Shown: positions 52,373-62,364 of the stretch, in pieces
Numbering within the stretch: position 1 is the stretch's first letter
Layout: each line of letters opens with the position of its first letter
The notes under the pieces: generated by a model
Databases searched by the model: none
What the model saw: the letters and a program-made list of their open reading frames with translations, nothing else
What the model was told of the DNA's origin: nothing
Position numbers and translations under genes: made by a program
NCBI GenBank assembly: GCA_963793305.1
Contig: CAWBZV010000005.1
Span: forward strand, 1,472,001 to 1,536,000
Direction of reading: 5' to 3'
DNA from: an uncultured Gemmatimonadales bacterium
Lineage (GTDB): Bacteria > Gemmatimonadota > Gemmatimonadetes > Gemmatimonadales > Gemmatimonadaceae
DNA length: 64,000 nt

Positions 52373-53515
52373 ATGAGGGTAATGGGCCTGCTGCTCGTTA
52401 CATGCGGCGCGATCGCCTGTGGTGGACCGACGCAGGCTACACGCGACGCGGCCTACGCGACCGCTCGCGGCATGCCGGGGCTCGATGACAGTACCCTGAC
52501 AATTCCGACAAGCGGCGCGAACGGGTATCCGCCACGGACGGCGAACCCGCTCGCGATCCGTCGGCTGGTCCTCCGCGGCGAGTTCTCGACGCTCGACTCG
52601 TTGCTCACGGCGGCGGCCGACAGCGCGCGCCGCGACTATCGCACCGAGGGCTACCTCTTCGGCGCCTACGATGCCATGGCGGGCGATACGTCGTTGGCTG
52701 CGCCGCTGGCGCGGTGGTCTCGCGAGCGGCCGGCGTCGGCGCCGGCCCACCTCGCCCGGGCGGTCTACTTGCAGGGGCAGGCGTGGAGCGCGCGGGGCAC
52801 CGCCTACGCGAAGAACACGCCGCAGAATGCGATGCAGCGCATGAACGACTTGTTCAAGGAAGCCGCGAGTTGCGTCGACTCGGCCCTCGCTCTGACGCCG
52901 CGGTCGGCCGAGGCCTACATGGTGCTGCTGTATGCGGCGCGGACGTCGGGCGACACTGCGGTCTCGCAGCGATATCTGGCGAAAGGTCTCGAGGATATCC
53001 CGGCGAGCTTCTCGTTGCGTCGACAGTACCTCCGGAATACCGTGCCGCGCTGGGGCGGCTCGTACGCGGCGATGCGCGAGTTCGCCGACGCGTCGCAAGC
53101 GATGGCCGACAGCAATCCCCGGCTCCGGGCGTTGGCGGGATATATCGCGCTGGACAGCGCCGAGGTGTTCGAGCTCGAGCGCGACGAGGGCAGGGCATTG
53201 GCTGCTTACACGCGCGCGATCGGGTACGGCGACGAGACGCGGTTCCACCTCGAGCGCGGACAGATGCTCGTGCGCGTGGGCCGCGCGCGCGACGCGCTCC
53301 CGGATCTCGATTATGCGGTTGCCGGTGCGCCCGGGTCCGCCATAGACCATCTCTGGCGCGGGATGGCGCGCGAGGCACTCTGGTCGCAATCCGACCGCAC
53401 GAAGCGGGACTTGGGACTCAGCGCGCTCGCCGACTACCAGCAGGCCGTCGTGCTCGATCCGACGGACCGGGACGCCCTCGACCGGTTCGCGTGGCTCTAC
53501 CGGATCCTGCACTAG
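52373..53515 (+). CDS. DUF4034-like plus TPR lipoprotein
   Basis: IAC lipobox-like; AWSARGTAYA, PRWGGS; C-terminal TPRs. Confidence 0.78.
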   Translation: MRVMGLLLVTCGAIACGGPTQATRDAAYATARGMPGLDDSTLTIPTSGANGYPPRTANPLAIRRLVLRGEFSTLDSLLTAAADSARRDYRTEGYLFGAYDAMAGDTSLAAPLARWSRERPASAPAHLARAVYLQGQAWSARGTAYAKNTPQNAMQRMNDLFKEAASCVDSALALTPRSAEAYMVLLYAARTSGDTAVSQRYLAKGLEDIPASFSLRRQYLRNTVPRWGGSYAAMREFADASQAMADSNPRLRALAGYIALDSAEVFELERDEGRALAAYTRAIGYGDETRFHLERGQMLVRVGRARDALPDLDYAVAGAPGSAIDHLWRGMAREALWSQSDRTKRDLGLSALADYQQAVVLDPTDRDALDRFAWLYRILH

Positions 53516-54035
53516 CCCGGGCGATTGCGACGAACCGGTCGAGCGCCCGCGTTGTCCGCGCGCGGTCACCGGTGCTCAGCAATTCGAGAAAGAGACCGTC
53601 GAACACCGCGATGCACAGGGTGGCCATCGTTCTCGATCGCAATGATTTCGACATGGCTGCCTCGGCTATCGCGAGCCAGTCGGTCGCGTGCTGTTCGAGA
53701 TACCGGCCATAGACGCGAGGGTTCTGGATGGCGATGATCTGCACCTCGTACAGCAGTCTCAAGGACGGCAGGTTCTCGGGACGCGTCGCCCACAGCCAAT
53801 AGCTCTTGATGGGCGACCGGGTCTCGACGAGGCGCTGGAATGACGCCTGCAGTCGCCGCTGGATCTCGCCCAGCACCTCCAGAATGAGCTGCTCTTTCGA
53901 CCCGAAGTGAAAGATCAGCAATCGGGCGCTCGTGCCCAGCGTCGCCGCCATCGGTCGGAGCGAGAGGTCGGCCACGCCGTGCGCGATGAAATAGTCGACT
54001 GCCGCCGACAGGAGTTGCCCCTTGCGCACACTCAT
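53418..54035 (-). CDS. TetR/AcrR family regulator
   Basis: LSLRPMAATLGTSARLLIFHFGSKEQL. Confidence 0.9.
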   Translation of the reverse strand: MSVRKGQLLSAAVDYFIAHGVADLSLRPMAATLGTSARLLIFHFGSKEQLILEVLGEIQRRLQASFQRLVETRSPIKSYWLWATRPENLPSLRLLYEVQIIAIQNPRVYGRYLEQHATDWLAIAEAAMSKSLRSRTMATLCIAVFDGLFLELLSTGDRARTTRALDRFVAIARASAGSGRATRTGRGRPGPSDRARRPAGSRRAR

Positions 54036-54051
54036 GAAACGAACGTTACAT
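54034..54051. promoter_or_regulatory. Candidate TetR operator overlapping divergent -10 boxes
   Basis: ATGAAACG-AA-CGTTACAT, a 7/8 inverted repeat. Confidence 0.6.
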
Positions 54052-54056
54052 TCGGC

Positions 54057-54980
54057 ATGGTATTGTTCGCAATGATGCTGCAACTGCAGGCCCACTGGGA
54101 CGAGGGCGCGAAGGACTGCGCGTCACATCACGCCCCGCCGATCCAGGTGCAGGCCTACGACGCGCGCACGTTCGTCCTGCGCGAGAATCTGTGCGCGACG
54201 TTCGAAGCGCCCTTCATGTACGTGCTGATCGGGTCGACGCGCGCCCTGTTGATCGACGACGGCAACGTCGCCGACCCGCACGCGATGCCACTCGCCCAGA
54301 CGGTACTCGGCCTCCTCCCGCCGAACCTCCCGCTCCTGGTCGTGCACACGCATCGCCACTTGGACCACCGGGCGGGCGACCCTCAGTTCGCGGGGCTGCC
54401 ACGTGTCGAGGTCGTCGGCTACGACTTGGATAGCGTGAAGCACTTCTACGGCCTCGCCACGAGTTGGCCGACCGGTGTCGCCACGCTCGACTTGGGCGGC
54501 CGCATCGTCGACGTGCTGCCAACACCGGGCCACAATGCCACGCACGTCGCGTTCTACGACCGCAATACGGCCTTGTTGTTCACCGGCGATTTCCTCATGC
54601 CGGGCCGCCTGCTGATCGATGATGCCGACGCCGACCGCGCCAGCGCCCGCCGTATCGCGGCTTTCATCGCCAGCCGCCCGCTCACATACGCCCTTGGCGG
54701 CCATATCGAGCTCGACACCGCGGGTCACACGTTCGACTTCTACTCGCAGTACCGCCCGCACGAGCGAGCCTTGGAGATGACCAGGGCCGACGTGCTCGCG
54801 CTGCCGGCGGCCCTGGATCGCTTCAACGGCTTCTATACGGAGAGCGGGTCGTTCATCATGATGGACCAGATGCGCTTACTCATAGTGGAAGCAGTCGTTG
54901 CCGTGCTCGTCCTCGGCGCGCTCGTCGTGGCGATCGTGGCGTATGTCCGCTCGCGGCGTTACCGTAGTCGCCGTGCGTAG
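54057..54980 (+). CDS. MBL-fold hydrolase with C-terminal TM anchor
   Basis: HTHRHLDH, TPGH, FTGD, GGH. Confidence 0.88.
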   Translation: MVLFAMMLQLQAHWDEGAKDCASHHAPPIQVQAYDARTFVLRENLCATFEAPFMYVLIGSTRALLIDDGNVADPHAMPLAQTVLGLLPPNLPLLVVHTHRHLDHRAGDPQFAGLPRVEVVGYDLDSVKHFYGLATSWPTGVATLDLGGRIVDVLPTPGHNATHVAFYDRNTALLFTGDFLMPGRLLIDDADADRASARRIAAFIASRPLTYALGGHIELDTAGHTFDFYSQYRPHERALEMTRADVLALPAALDRFNGFYTESGSFIMMDQMRLLIVEAVVAVLVLGALVVAIVAYVRSRRYRSRRA

Positions 54981-55437
54981 CCATGGTCGGCCTTGGGCCC
55001 TTCTGCTCGCCCTCCTGGCTTGTTCGTCAGCAACCGGTCCACGCCCAGGGTTCCCGGGTCCGGACGGGACGTTTCTGACAACGGTCGTGAATGAGACCAT
55101 GATACGGGTTGGCGGCACGACGAGAGTTAACCTCGTCATCTTGAACACGACCTCGCAACGCTCACCATTGTTTACGTTTTTTGACCCCTTTCCAACGTTG
55201 ACGATACGGGATGCCAGCGGCGACACCGTCTCCGTCGCGTATACCACCAGCGGGCTCGTCGTGAATGAGTTTACCGTTGATGCGCACCGGAGCTTCACGG
55301 TGTCGACTATCCTCGGCGCTGGCAACGCGGTGATGGGTGCGACGGCCCTCGCCAATCTGACACCGGGCGTCTATTCGGTCGCCGCGTGCATGGGATCCAG
55401 TTGCGGCCAGCCGGTGTCGATCACGATCACTCAGTGA
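54973..55437 (+). CDS. Hypothetical lipoprotein
   Basis: LLALLAC lipobox; beta-rich. Confidence 0.6.
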   Translation: MRSHGRPWALLLALLACSSATGPRPGFPGPDGTFLTTVVNETMIRVGGTTRVNLVILNTTSQRSPLFTFFDPFPTLTIRDASGDTVSVAYTTSGLVVNEFTVDAHRSFTVSTILGAGNAVMGATALANLTPGVYSVAACMGSSCGQPVSITITQ

Positions 55438-56141
55438 TGCAGCAACTTTCGAAGGCGCTGCTGTCCCCCGTCTCCCGCGGGTAACACGATCCGGACCGCG
55501 GGGAGCGACGTGTTGGCGAACACGAACGCGTTGGCGGGCGCCGGGCCGTCGGCGCTGACTTGGAACTGGAAGGACCCGGTGAGCGTCCCGCTCGTGCACG
55601 TCGTGCCGTCGATGAGATACGACCCCGTAATGATCGACGTCAATGCGCGGCAGGCGCCGCTCTTCGTGAACGTCCCCACCGAGACGGCCGGCGAGGTGCT
55701 GGTCTGCACGTAGTTGGCGTTCGACACCGTGTCCTCGGTGTCGGCGAGCTCATCGACCGTGTCCGGCTGGAAGGCCTCCAACGATACTAGCGAGCCGGCG
55801 TCCGGATTCGTCCACAGACTGTACACGAACAACGAGTCGGTCGGCACCGGGTTCGGTCCTCCGGTGACCTCGACGATCTCGAGTCCGACACCCTGGTAGG
55901 TCTGGGTCGCTCCGTTGACCGACAGAGACACCGGCGCCGAGGAGATGCCCTCGCCGAGGACGGCGATCGCGAACGTCATGTAGAAATCGCGTCCGAGATC
56001 CTGTGACTGCGCGGCCGAGACCGCTATTGAGTCCAGGTGGCGAGCCACCGAGAAGCTCGGGGGTGGCGGAGAGGTGGAGTGACCGCAGGCCGCGAGCGCG
56101 GCGGCGGCGAAGGGAACCCAGGCGGCACGAAGAGGGCGCAC
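55431..56141 (-). CDS. Hypothetical lipoprotein
   Basis: AALAAC lipobox; TACATT box just upstream of the GTG. Confidence 0.7.
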   Translation of the reverse strand: MRPLRAAWVPFAAAALAACGHSTSPPPPSFSVARHLDSIAVSAAQSQDLGRDFYMTFAIAVLGEGISSAPVSLSVNGATQTYQGVGLEIVEVTGGPNPVPTDSLFVYSLWTNPDAGSLVSLEAFQPDTVDELADTEDTVSNANYVQTSTSPAVSVGTFTKSGACRALTSIITGSYLIDGTTCTSGTLTGSFQFQVSADGPAPANAFVFANTSLPAVRIVLPAGDGGQQRLRKLLHH

Positions 56142-56205
56142 GCGCAACAATGTAGCGCGGGGACGCCGGAGCGCGAGGGAGTTGACGCCATCCGTGCACG
56201 GGCGC

Positions 56206-57657
56206 ATGTTCGCCACAATGTCTCGGTCTGCTGGTCTTCGCCTGGCTTGCCTGGCGCTCGGGTTTGTCGCCGCCTGCACAGAGGCGACGGTGACGGGTAC
56301 GTCCCACGTGCGGTCGACGACCCCGCTCCCGGCCGCCGCACGGTACATCGTCGAGCTCGGAGGCCCGGGGACGCCGTCCCCGGCGCTCACCGCGGCCATC
56401 CACAAGGCGGGCGGGCAGATCCTGCGCGTCCAGACCAGTTTCGGTCTCGCGCTCGTGAAGGGCTTGTCGCCCGCGGCGGCGAGCGCGCTCGTGTCGAGCG
56501 GCGGCGCACGCGCCGTGGTCCCCGATTTCGTCTTCAAGCTGCGGCCCGCATCCACGCCGCGGATCGTCAAGTTCGCCGCGGGCCGAAGCGTCCACGCGGC
56601 GGCCGGCCCGGGTTCGGCCGCGGCGGTCTCGCTGCAGTGGAACATGCACGTGTCCCACGCGGACAGCGCGTGGGCCCACACGTCGCAAGGCGCGGGGATG
56701 CACGTCTATATCCTCGACTCGGGCGTCGACACCGCGCACCAGGAGTTGGCCGGTCGGATCGACCTCACCAACAGCACATCGTTCGCCTACGCGCCGACCG
56801 ACACGCTCGAGCAGAACGCGTTGCCGTACTATCACGATGTGGTCGGCCACGGCACGATCGTGAGCTCGATCGTGACGTCGAACTCGGTCGTCATCGCGGG
56901 CACCGCACCGCAAGCGACCGTCACGATGGTGCGCGTGCTCGACGACAGCGGCAGCGGCTCGTTCTTCGGCTTGCTCAACGCGCTCATCTACGCCTCGGAC
57001 TTGAACGCCGATGTGATCAACATGAGCCTCGGCGGCTACTTGAATCGCCTGATCAGCGGGGACATGGACTTGGCAACGTTGCTGGAGTTGGTGGTGCAGT
57101 ACTGCGTGACGCGCGGGTCGGTCGTTGTCGCCGCAGCGGGCAACGAAGCCCTCAACTTCAATACGGCGATGACGCCCACCGCGAGTTATGTCGACAGCCT
57201 GGAGTGGCCGGGCGACACGCCGCACGTCCTCTCGGTGGGCGCGACCGGCCCGATCTACACGGGGACATTCCAGGATTACGACAGCATCGCCGTGTACTCG
57301 AACTACGGTTCGGCGGGCGTCGGCGTGTTCGCTCCCGGCGGCAATGAAGGTCCGGATACCGTACCGCAAGCCTCGCTGGACTCGATTTGGATCATCGGCG
57401 CGTGCAGCTCGGCGACCCCGCTCTGTCCCGGGCAAGAGAACCAATATCTCATTGGCATCGGCACCAGCTTCGCCTCGCCGCTCGTTGCCGGCGAAGCGGC
57501 GGTCATCAAGGCACAGTCCACCACGCTCACGCCGTCGGCGGTCGAGCAGTGCATCCTCAAGAACGCCGACAACATCACCGGCAAGCGCCCTGACCCCGCC
57601 TATAACTTCGGCCGGGTGAACGTCCTCAAATCTGCTACAGCATCGGGGTGTCACTAG
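56206..57657 (+). CDS. S8 subtilisin-like serine peptidase (lipoprotein)
   Basis: ILDSG, GHGT, AAAGN, GTSFASP. Confidence 0.93.
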   Translation: MFATMSRSAGLRLACLALGFVAACTEATVTGTSHVRSTTPLPAAARYIVELGGPGTPSPALTAAIHKAGGQILRVQTSFGLALVKGLSPAAASALVSSGGARAVVPDFVFKLRPASTPRIVKFAAGRSVHAAAGPGSAAAVSLQWNMHVSHADSAWAHTSQGAGMHVYILDSGVDTAHQELAGRIDLTNSTSFAYAPTDTLEQNALPYYHDVVGHGTIVSSIVTSNSVVIAGTAPQATVTMVRVLDDSGSGSFFGLLNALIYASDLNADVINMSLGGYLNRLISGDMDLATLLELVVQYCVTRGSVVVAAAGNEALNFNTAMTPTASYVDSLEWPGDTPHVLSVGATGPIYTGTFQDYDSIAVYSNYGSAGVGVFAPGGNEGPDTVPQASLDSIWIIGACSSATPLCPGQENQYLIGIGTSFASPLVAGEAAVIKAQSTTLTPSAVEQCILKNADNITGKRPDPAYNFGRVNVLKSATASGCH

Positions 57658-57682
57658 CTTTTCGAGCTCGGCTCGATCACGT

Positions 57683-57734
57683 CCGGCGGCGTGACGCACG
57701 TCGTGATCTGGAACGTGGGCCCGCGAACCTAGTT
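57683..57734 (+). repeat. 52-bp dispersed direct repeat, copy 1
   Basis: 49/52 identical to 60848-60899. Confidence 0.9.
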
Positions 57735-59608
57735 GGCGCCGGTCAGGCGCTGGAATCGTGGATTCTCCCGCAGGCGCGCAAACGACGGATCCGCGCGAAG
57801 CGAACCGGGGGACGAGACGTCCTCCGGGATCGCCAGGAGCGATTGGATCAGATCGAGCGCTTCGTTGTCGCGTCCGAGCGTCCCGTAGACTTGCGCGAGC
57901 GCGAGCACGGCGCTCGGTCCGCCCCATGCGTCCCGTTCGACTGGCAGCAGTTCCACGCCTCGCCGGCCCTCGCTGACCGCCGCGGAATCGCGGCCGAGCG
58001 CGGCGAGCGCCAGCGCATGCGTTTGATGCAGCGTGCTGTTCGTGGGGCTCGTCGTGAGACTCGCCTCGACCGCGATGCGGGCGGTGTCGGCATAGGCACG
58101 AGCCCTCACCCGATCACCGCGCAACGCGTAGACGCCCGCGCGCGACAGTTCCCCTATGCCGGGACTATCGAAGGCATCGAATCGCAAGCGCAGCAGATAA
58201 CTCTGCTGGGCGCTATCGAGCAGCCACCACCCGTGCTCATAGGCGACGGTCGCGACGAGCGTCGCCGAATCGACTGTCCCCAGCGCGCCGTCGCGGGCGC
58301 GAGCGTGATCTTGAGCTGGTCGGCAACCTGACCCGCGATGTCCGATTGCACGGTGAAGACATCCGTCATCGGCACATCGAACGTCCGCTCCCAGACATCG
58401 GTGCCTGTCTCGACGTTCACGAGCGCCGGCACGACCTGGATACGCCCTGGTGTGCTGCGCACCTTGCCGAACAGGAGATACCGAACGCCGAGCTCACGCC
58501 CGATCTGAGCCGGCGGCTTCGTTGTCCGACGGTATTGCCCGGAGCTCTGCGGCGCGACCACCGACGGCCCCTGCAAGGCGGTGAGCTTTCCGCGTACGGC
58601 GTCCGTCATGCCGTCGGCGAAATATCCCTGATTCGAGTCACCGATGTTCTCGAATGGCAGCACGGCCAGGCGAACCGCGCCCTCGCCCGCTGACCCTGGT
58701 CGCCACGCGCGCCAGCTGAAGAAGACGACGGCCAGAATCAGCGCCACGCCGACTGCGGCGGCGAGCGCCAGCGGTCGGCGGCGCCGTGGCGGAGGAGACG
58801 CCACAAGCGCGGCCGCGAACGCCTCGACGGACGGATGGCGGTTCTCCGGGTTCGACTCCAGCGCCGTGCGGACGGCGATCTCTATCGGAGGTGGTACGTC
58901 CTTTCTCCGGACGTGCACGAGTGGCGCCGAGTCCGCCCACTCCCGCTGCAGCGCGGCGGCGAGGCCGCTCGAGCCGGGGAACGGCGGCTCGCCCACCAGC
59001 ATCTCGTAACAGACCGCGCCAAGCCCATACACGTCCGCGCGCGTATCGACTTGGAGTCCCGCCGCTTGCTCGGGACTCATGTACGCCGGCGTGCCGACGG
59101 CGTATCCCTTCTCGGTCAGATGCGATCGTGGCGTCAGGTCGATCGGCCGCGCGATGCCGAAATCGGCGAGGAGGGCATGCCCTTGCGAGAGGAGGATGTT
59201 CTCCGGCTTGACGTCCCGGTGCAGCACGCCTTGTTGATGGGCATAGGCCAGTGCGTCCGCGATCTGTCGCGTGAGACGGACCGCATCGTCCACCGACAGT
59301 TGGCGCTCGCGCTGCAATCGATGGCGGAGGCTCTCGCCCTCGATGTACGGCATCGTGAACCACAGCTGCCCGGTGCGCGTTTCGCCGGAGTCGAGGACCG
59401 CGACGATCCCGGGGTGTTGGAGCCGCGCGACGATCGTGATTTCACGGCGAAAGCGATCGGAGCCGATACTCGCGGCGAATTCGCCACGCAGCACCTTGAG
59501 TGCGACCGGACGCCCGTGTTTCTCGTCCACGGCCAGGTATACCGTGGCCATCCCGCCGCGTCCCAACTCGTGGGTTATCCGGTATCCAGGTATCGCGTCG
59601 GCCTGCAC
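57729..59608 (-). pseudogene. Ser/Thr protein kinase-TM-TolB-like-TPR protein with frame break and probable internal deletion near 58290
   Basis: LGRGGMATVY, VALK, HRDVKPEN, DFG, GTPAYMSPEQ, LAVLPFEN; tail ADPSFARLRENPRFQRL is in another frame. Confidence 0.8.
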
Positions 59609-59652
59609 ATCGGAGGAAAATACCAGGTGACTGCCGGCGCCCCACACCACTG

Positions 59653-59749
59653 TTGAGGAGAATCCAGACACTTTCTCGTCAATGCGTGAGGAGAAACGCT
59701 TGCGGCATGAGGGGAATCGCCGCATATTCTCCTCAATACATGACGAGAA
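59653..59749. promoter_or_regulatory. Six-box operator-like array (TGASGRGAA) upstream of the Fic gene
   Basis: Boxes at 59654, 59673(rc), 59687, 59708, 59727(rc) and 59741. Confidence 0.75.
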
Positions 59750-60859
59750 TAGCGTATATTTGGCAGAGGCCGGACTGGCCCAACTTCCGCTGGGATGCCG
59801 CCCAGCTCATTGAACCCCTTTCGACAGCCCGTCTCAAACAGGGTCGGTTCTTGGGTGCGATGGCCAGGCTGGGCTTTGACCTGAAGCGCGAAGCCCAGTT
59901 AGCCGCGTTGACCGAGGATGTGATAAAGAGCTCGGCGATCGAAGGTGAGATGCTGGACCGAGCGAGCGTACGATCGTCGCTGGCCCGTCATTCTCGGTCT
60001 GCCCCAAGCGGCAATTAGCCCGGTCGACCGGCGCACGGAAAGCGTAGTCGAAATGATGCTGGACGCCACCGAGCACTACGACCAGCCGCTCACGCCCGAG
60101 CGACTGTTCGCCTGGCAGGCCGCGCTATTCCCGACAGGGTACTCCGGCTCGCACAGGGTGAAGACCGGCGCGTGGCGCGACGACGCCGACGGCCCCATGC
60201 AAGTCGTCTCCGGCTCCGTCGCTCGTCCGCGCGTGCACTATGAGGCTCCACCTGCGACACGGGTGGAAGCCGAGATGCAGCGGTTCCTCGATTGGTTCAA
60301 CGGCCGGCCGAGCGAGGGCCTGTTGCGCGCCGGGCTCGCCCACTTCTGGTTCGTCACGATTCATCCATTCGACGACGGCAACGGCCGCATTGCGCGTGCG
60401 ATCGCCGACCTAGCACTCGCGCAATCGGAACAGTCGGGCCAGCGCTTCTACAGTCTGTCCAGCCAGATCCAGAAGGAGCGAGCCGCGTACTATGACCATC
60501 TCGAGTCGGCCCAAAGGGCTGATGTCGACATCACGAATTGGATGTTGTGGTTCCTCGACTGCTTCTCGCGCGCTATCGACGGCGCCGAGGCGACCAGCGC
60601 GCATGTCTTGCGCAAGGCCGACTTCTGGCAGCGCCATGCCGGCGAGGGGTTCAACAATCGCCAGAAGGCTGTGCTGAACCGTTATCTCGATGGTTTGGAG
60701 GGGAAGCTCACCGCCAAGAAGTGGGCGGTGCTCGCCAAGGTCTCGGTGCCGACGGCGCAGCGCGACATGAATGATCTGATGGAGCGCGGGATTCTTCGCC
60801 GCAATCCCGGAGGCAGTAAGAACACGAGTTACGATTTGGCAGATGGCCCGGCGGCGTGA
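59740..60859 (+). CDS. Fic family protein (DUF4172-Fic-HTH; frameshift near 59990)
   Basis: YIWQRPDWPNFRWD, SSAIEGE, HPFDDGNGRIAR, TAQRDMNDL. Confidence 0.92.
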
Positions 60860-60899
60860 CGCACGTCGTGATCTGGAACGTCGGCCCGAGGACCTAGTT
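60848..60899 (+). repeat. 52-bp dispersed direct repeat, copy 2
   Basis: 49/52 identical to 57683-57734. Confidence 0.9.
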
Positions 60900-61164
60900 A
60901 CATTTGTGGCTTGAACGACCGCACGAACAACCAGACGCCCAAGCAGAGGCCCGCCAGCATCAGCAGCGTATAGATGCCCAGGCGGGCCCACCGGTGTCGC
61001 ACGCTCAGGACCGACAACAGACCGCGACCCACCAGCAGCGGAACACCGAAGACGGCTAGCAGAAAGAGACCCCAAAATCCCACTGGCGACGCGCTCACGA
61101 GGCCCCAGGCCACCACGGCCACGGCGATCCCCGCGACGACCCAAGACAAGCGTATACGATGCAC
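60898..61164 (-). CDS. Small three-TM membrane protein
   Basis: 88 aa, hydrophobic; TAACCT at -12..-7 from the GTG. Confidence 0.7.
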   Translation of the reverse strand: MHRIRLSWVVAGIAVAVVAWGLVSASPVGFWGLFLLAVFGVPLLVGRGLLSVLSVRHRWARLGIYTLLMLAGLCLGVWLFVRSFKPQM

Positions 61165-61237
61165 GGGGTGAGGTTACTGCATTACCCTTCGGGCTGCAAT
61201 TTTCTGCGACCCTCCTCGCCTCTCGCCTCGACAACAC

Positions 61238-62344
61238 ATGCGACGATTTCCCGGGGGCGTCACGCTCGCCAGCGTGGCCACCCTGCTCGTCATCGGCCCA
61301 CGGGCAGTAGCGGGACAGACCATCCCTCTCAAACCCGGCGTCCTGCTCACCTACGCCACCCAGCCGATCGATTCCACGTCGCGCTACGATTTCGAGCGCG
61401 ACATCTTAGTTCTGAGCCTTACGCCCGACGAGCTGCACCTGAGCGACGACGCGACCAATGTGCTCAAGCCGTCGAACAAGATCGGCAAGATCCACGTCGA
61501 TCGCACCGTCTCACACCGCGAGGCGACGCTGGCCCGCGAGATTTGGCTGGGGAACCAGAGCCCGGACGTCGATCAGCACCGCGGGTCGTCGTGGATGGCC
61601 GCGTCGAGCGCCGTCATGAAGCAACTCCGCGCCAACGGCGAAGCCGAGGTCACGATCGGCATGACCGGGATCGAGGGCGCGGCGACACTGCACCGCGTCG
61701 ACCCCAAGCCGGAGCCGATCACCGTGCTGGTCAACGACCACCCGCAGGTGCTCTCGACGATGCACACGCACATCGAGATCACACCGTCGGCCATCCTGCA
61801 GCTCGGGTCGGGCATGGTCGTGCGATTCGACATCTGGTTCGTCGACGACACCTCGACCGCGTGGGTCGCACGCATCACCGGCACGCGGACGTTCCACGAC
61901 ACGACGCGCGCGGGGGACCGCCTCGGGGCACAGGAGCTGCTCCGCGTCCAATGGTCGGATAGCGCCACGACGGCCACGATGGCGCAGACGCTCACCAAGA
62001 CCTGCCGTGTGCCGATCTATGGCATTCATTTCGCCACGGCGAGCGCGGAACTGACGCCGTCATCGGCGCCGACGCTCAAGACGATCGCCGATCTGTTGGC
62101 CAAGCAGCCGACCTGGCAGGTGACGATCGAGGGCCATACCGACAGCCTGGGCGGCGCGGCCTACAACAAAGACCTCTCCGAGCGCCGGTCGGCAGCGGTC
62201 AAGACGGCGCTGGTGACGACCTACGGCGTGGCGGCCGGCCGCCTGATGACTGCCGGCTACGGCCTCTCCCATCCGATCGAGACCAATACCACGTTGGGCG
62301 GTCGCGCCCGGAATCGTCGCGTCGAGCTGGCGCGCAAGTGTTGA
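61238..62344 (+). CDS. OmpA-family (peptidoglycan-binding C-terminal domain) protein
   Basis: IEGHTD...NKDLSERRS...GYG...NRRVEL. Confidence 0.9.
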   Translation: MRRFPGGVTLASVATLLVIGPRAVAGQTIPLKPGVLLTYATQPIDSTSRYDFERDILVLSLTPDELHLSDDATNVLKPSNKIGKIHVDRTVSHREATLAREIWLGNQSPDVDQHRGSSWMAASSAVMKQLRANGEAEVTIGMTGIEGAATLHRVDPKPEPITVLVNDHPQVLSTMHTHIEITPSAILQLGSGMVVRFDIWFVDDTSTAWVARITGTRTFHDTTRAGDRLGAQELLRVQWSDSATTATMAQTLTKTCRVPIYGIHFATASAELTPSSAPTLKTIADLLAKQPTWQVTIEGHTDSLGGAAYNKDLSERRSAAVKTALVTTYGVAAGRLMTAGYGLSHPIETNTTLGGRARNRRVELARKC

Positions 62345-62364
62345 CCACTTTTCATCCAACTCCC

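Noticed and set aside
52316..53569. N-terminal 418 aa of the 1395-aa minus-strand ORF
   Set aside because: It is the antisense shadow of the DUF4034/TPR gene; the signal peptide and -10 box mark the start at 52315
57655..57732. TAG readthrough extending the S8 peptidase by 24 aa
   Set aside because: The in-frame position has a one-in-three chance; the second copy is out of frame with its upstream gene, and no recoding machinery is visible
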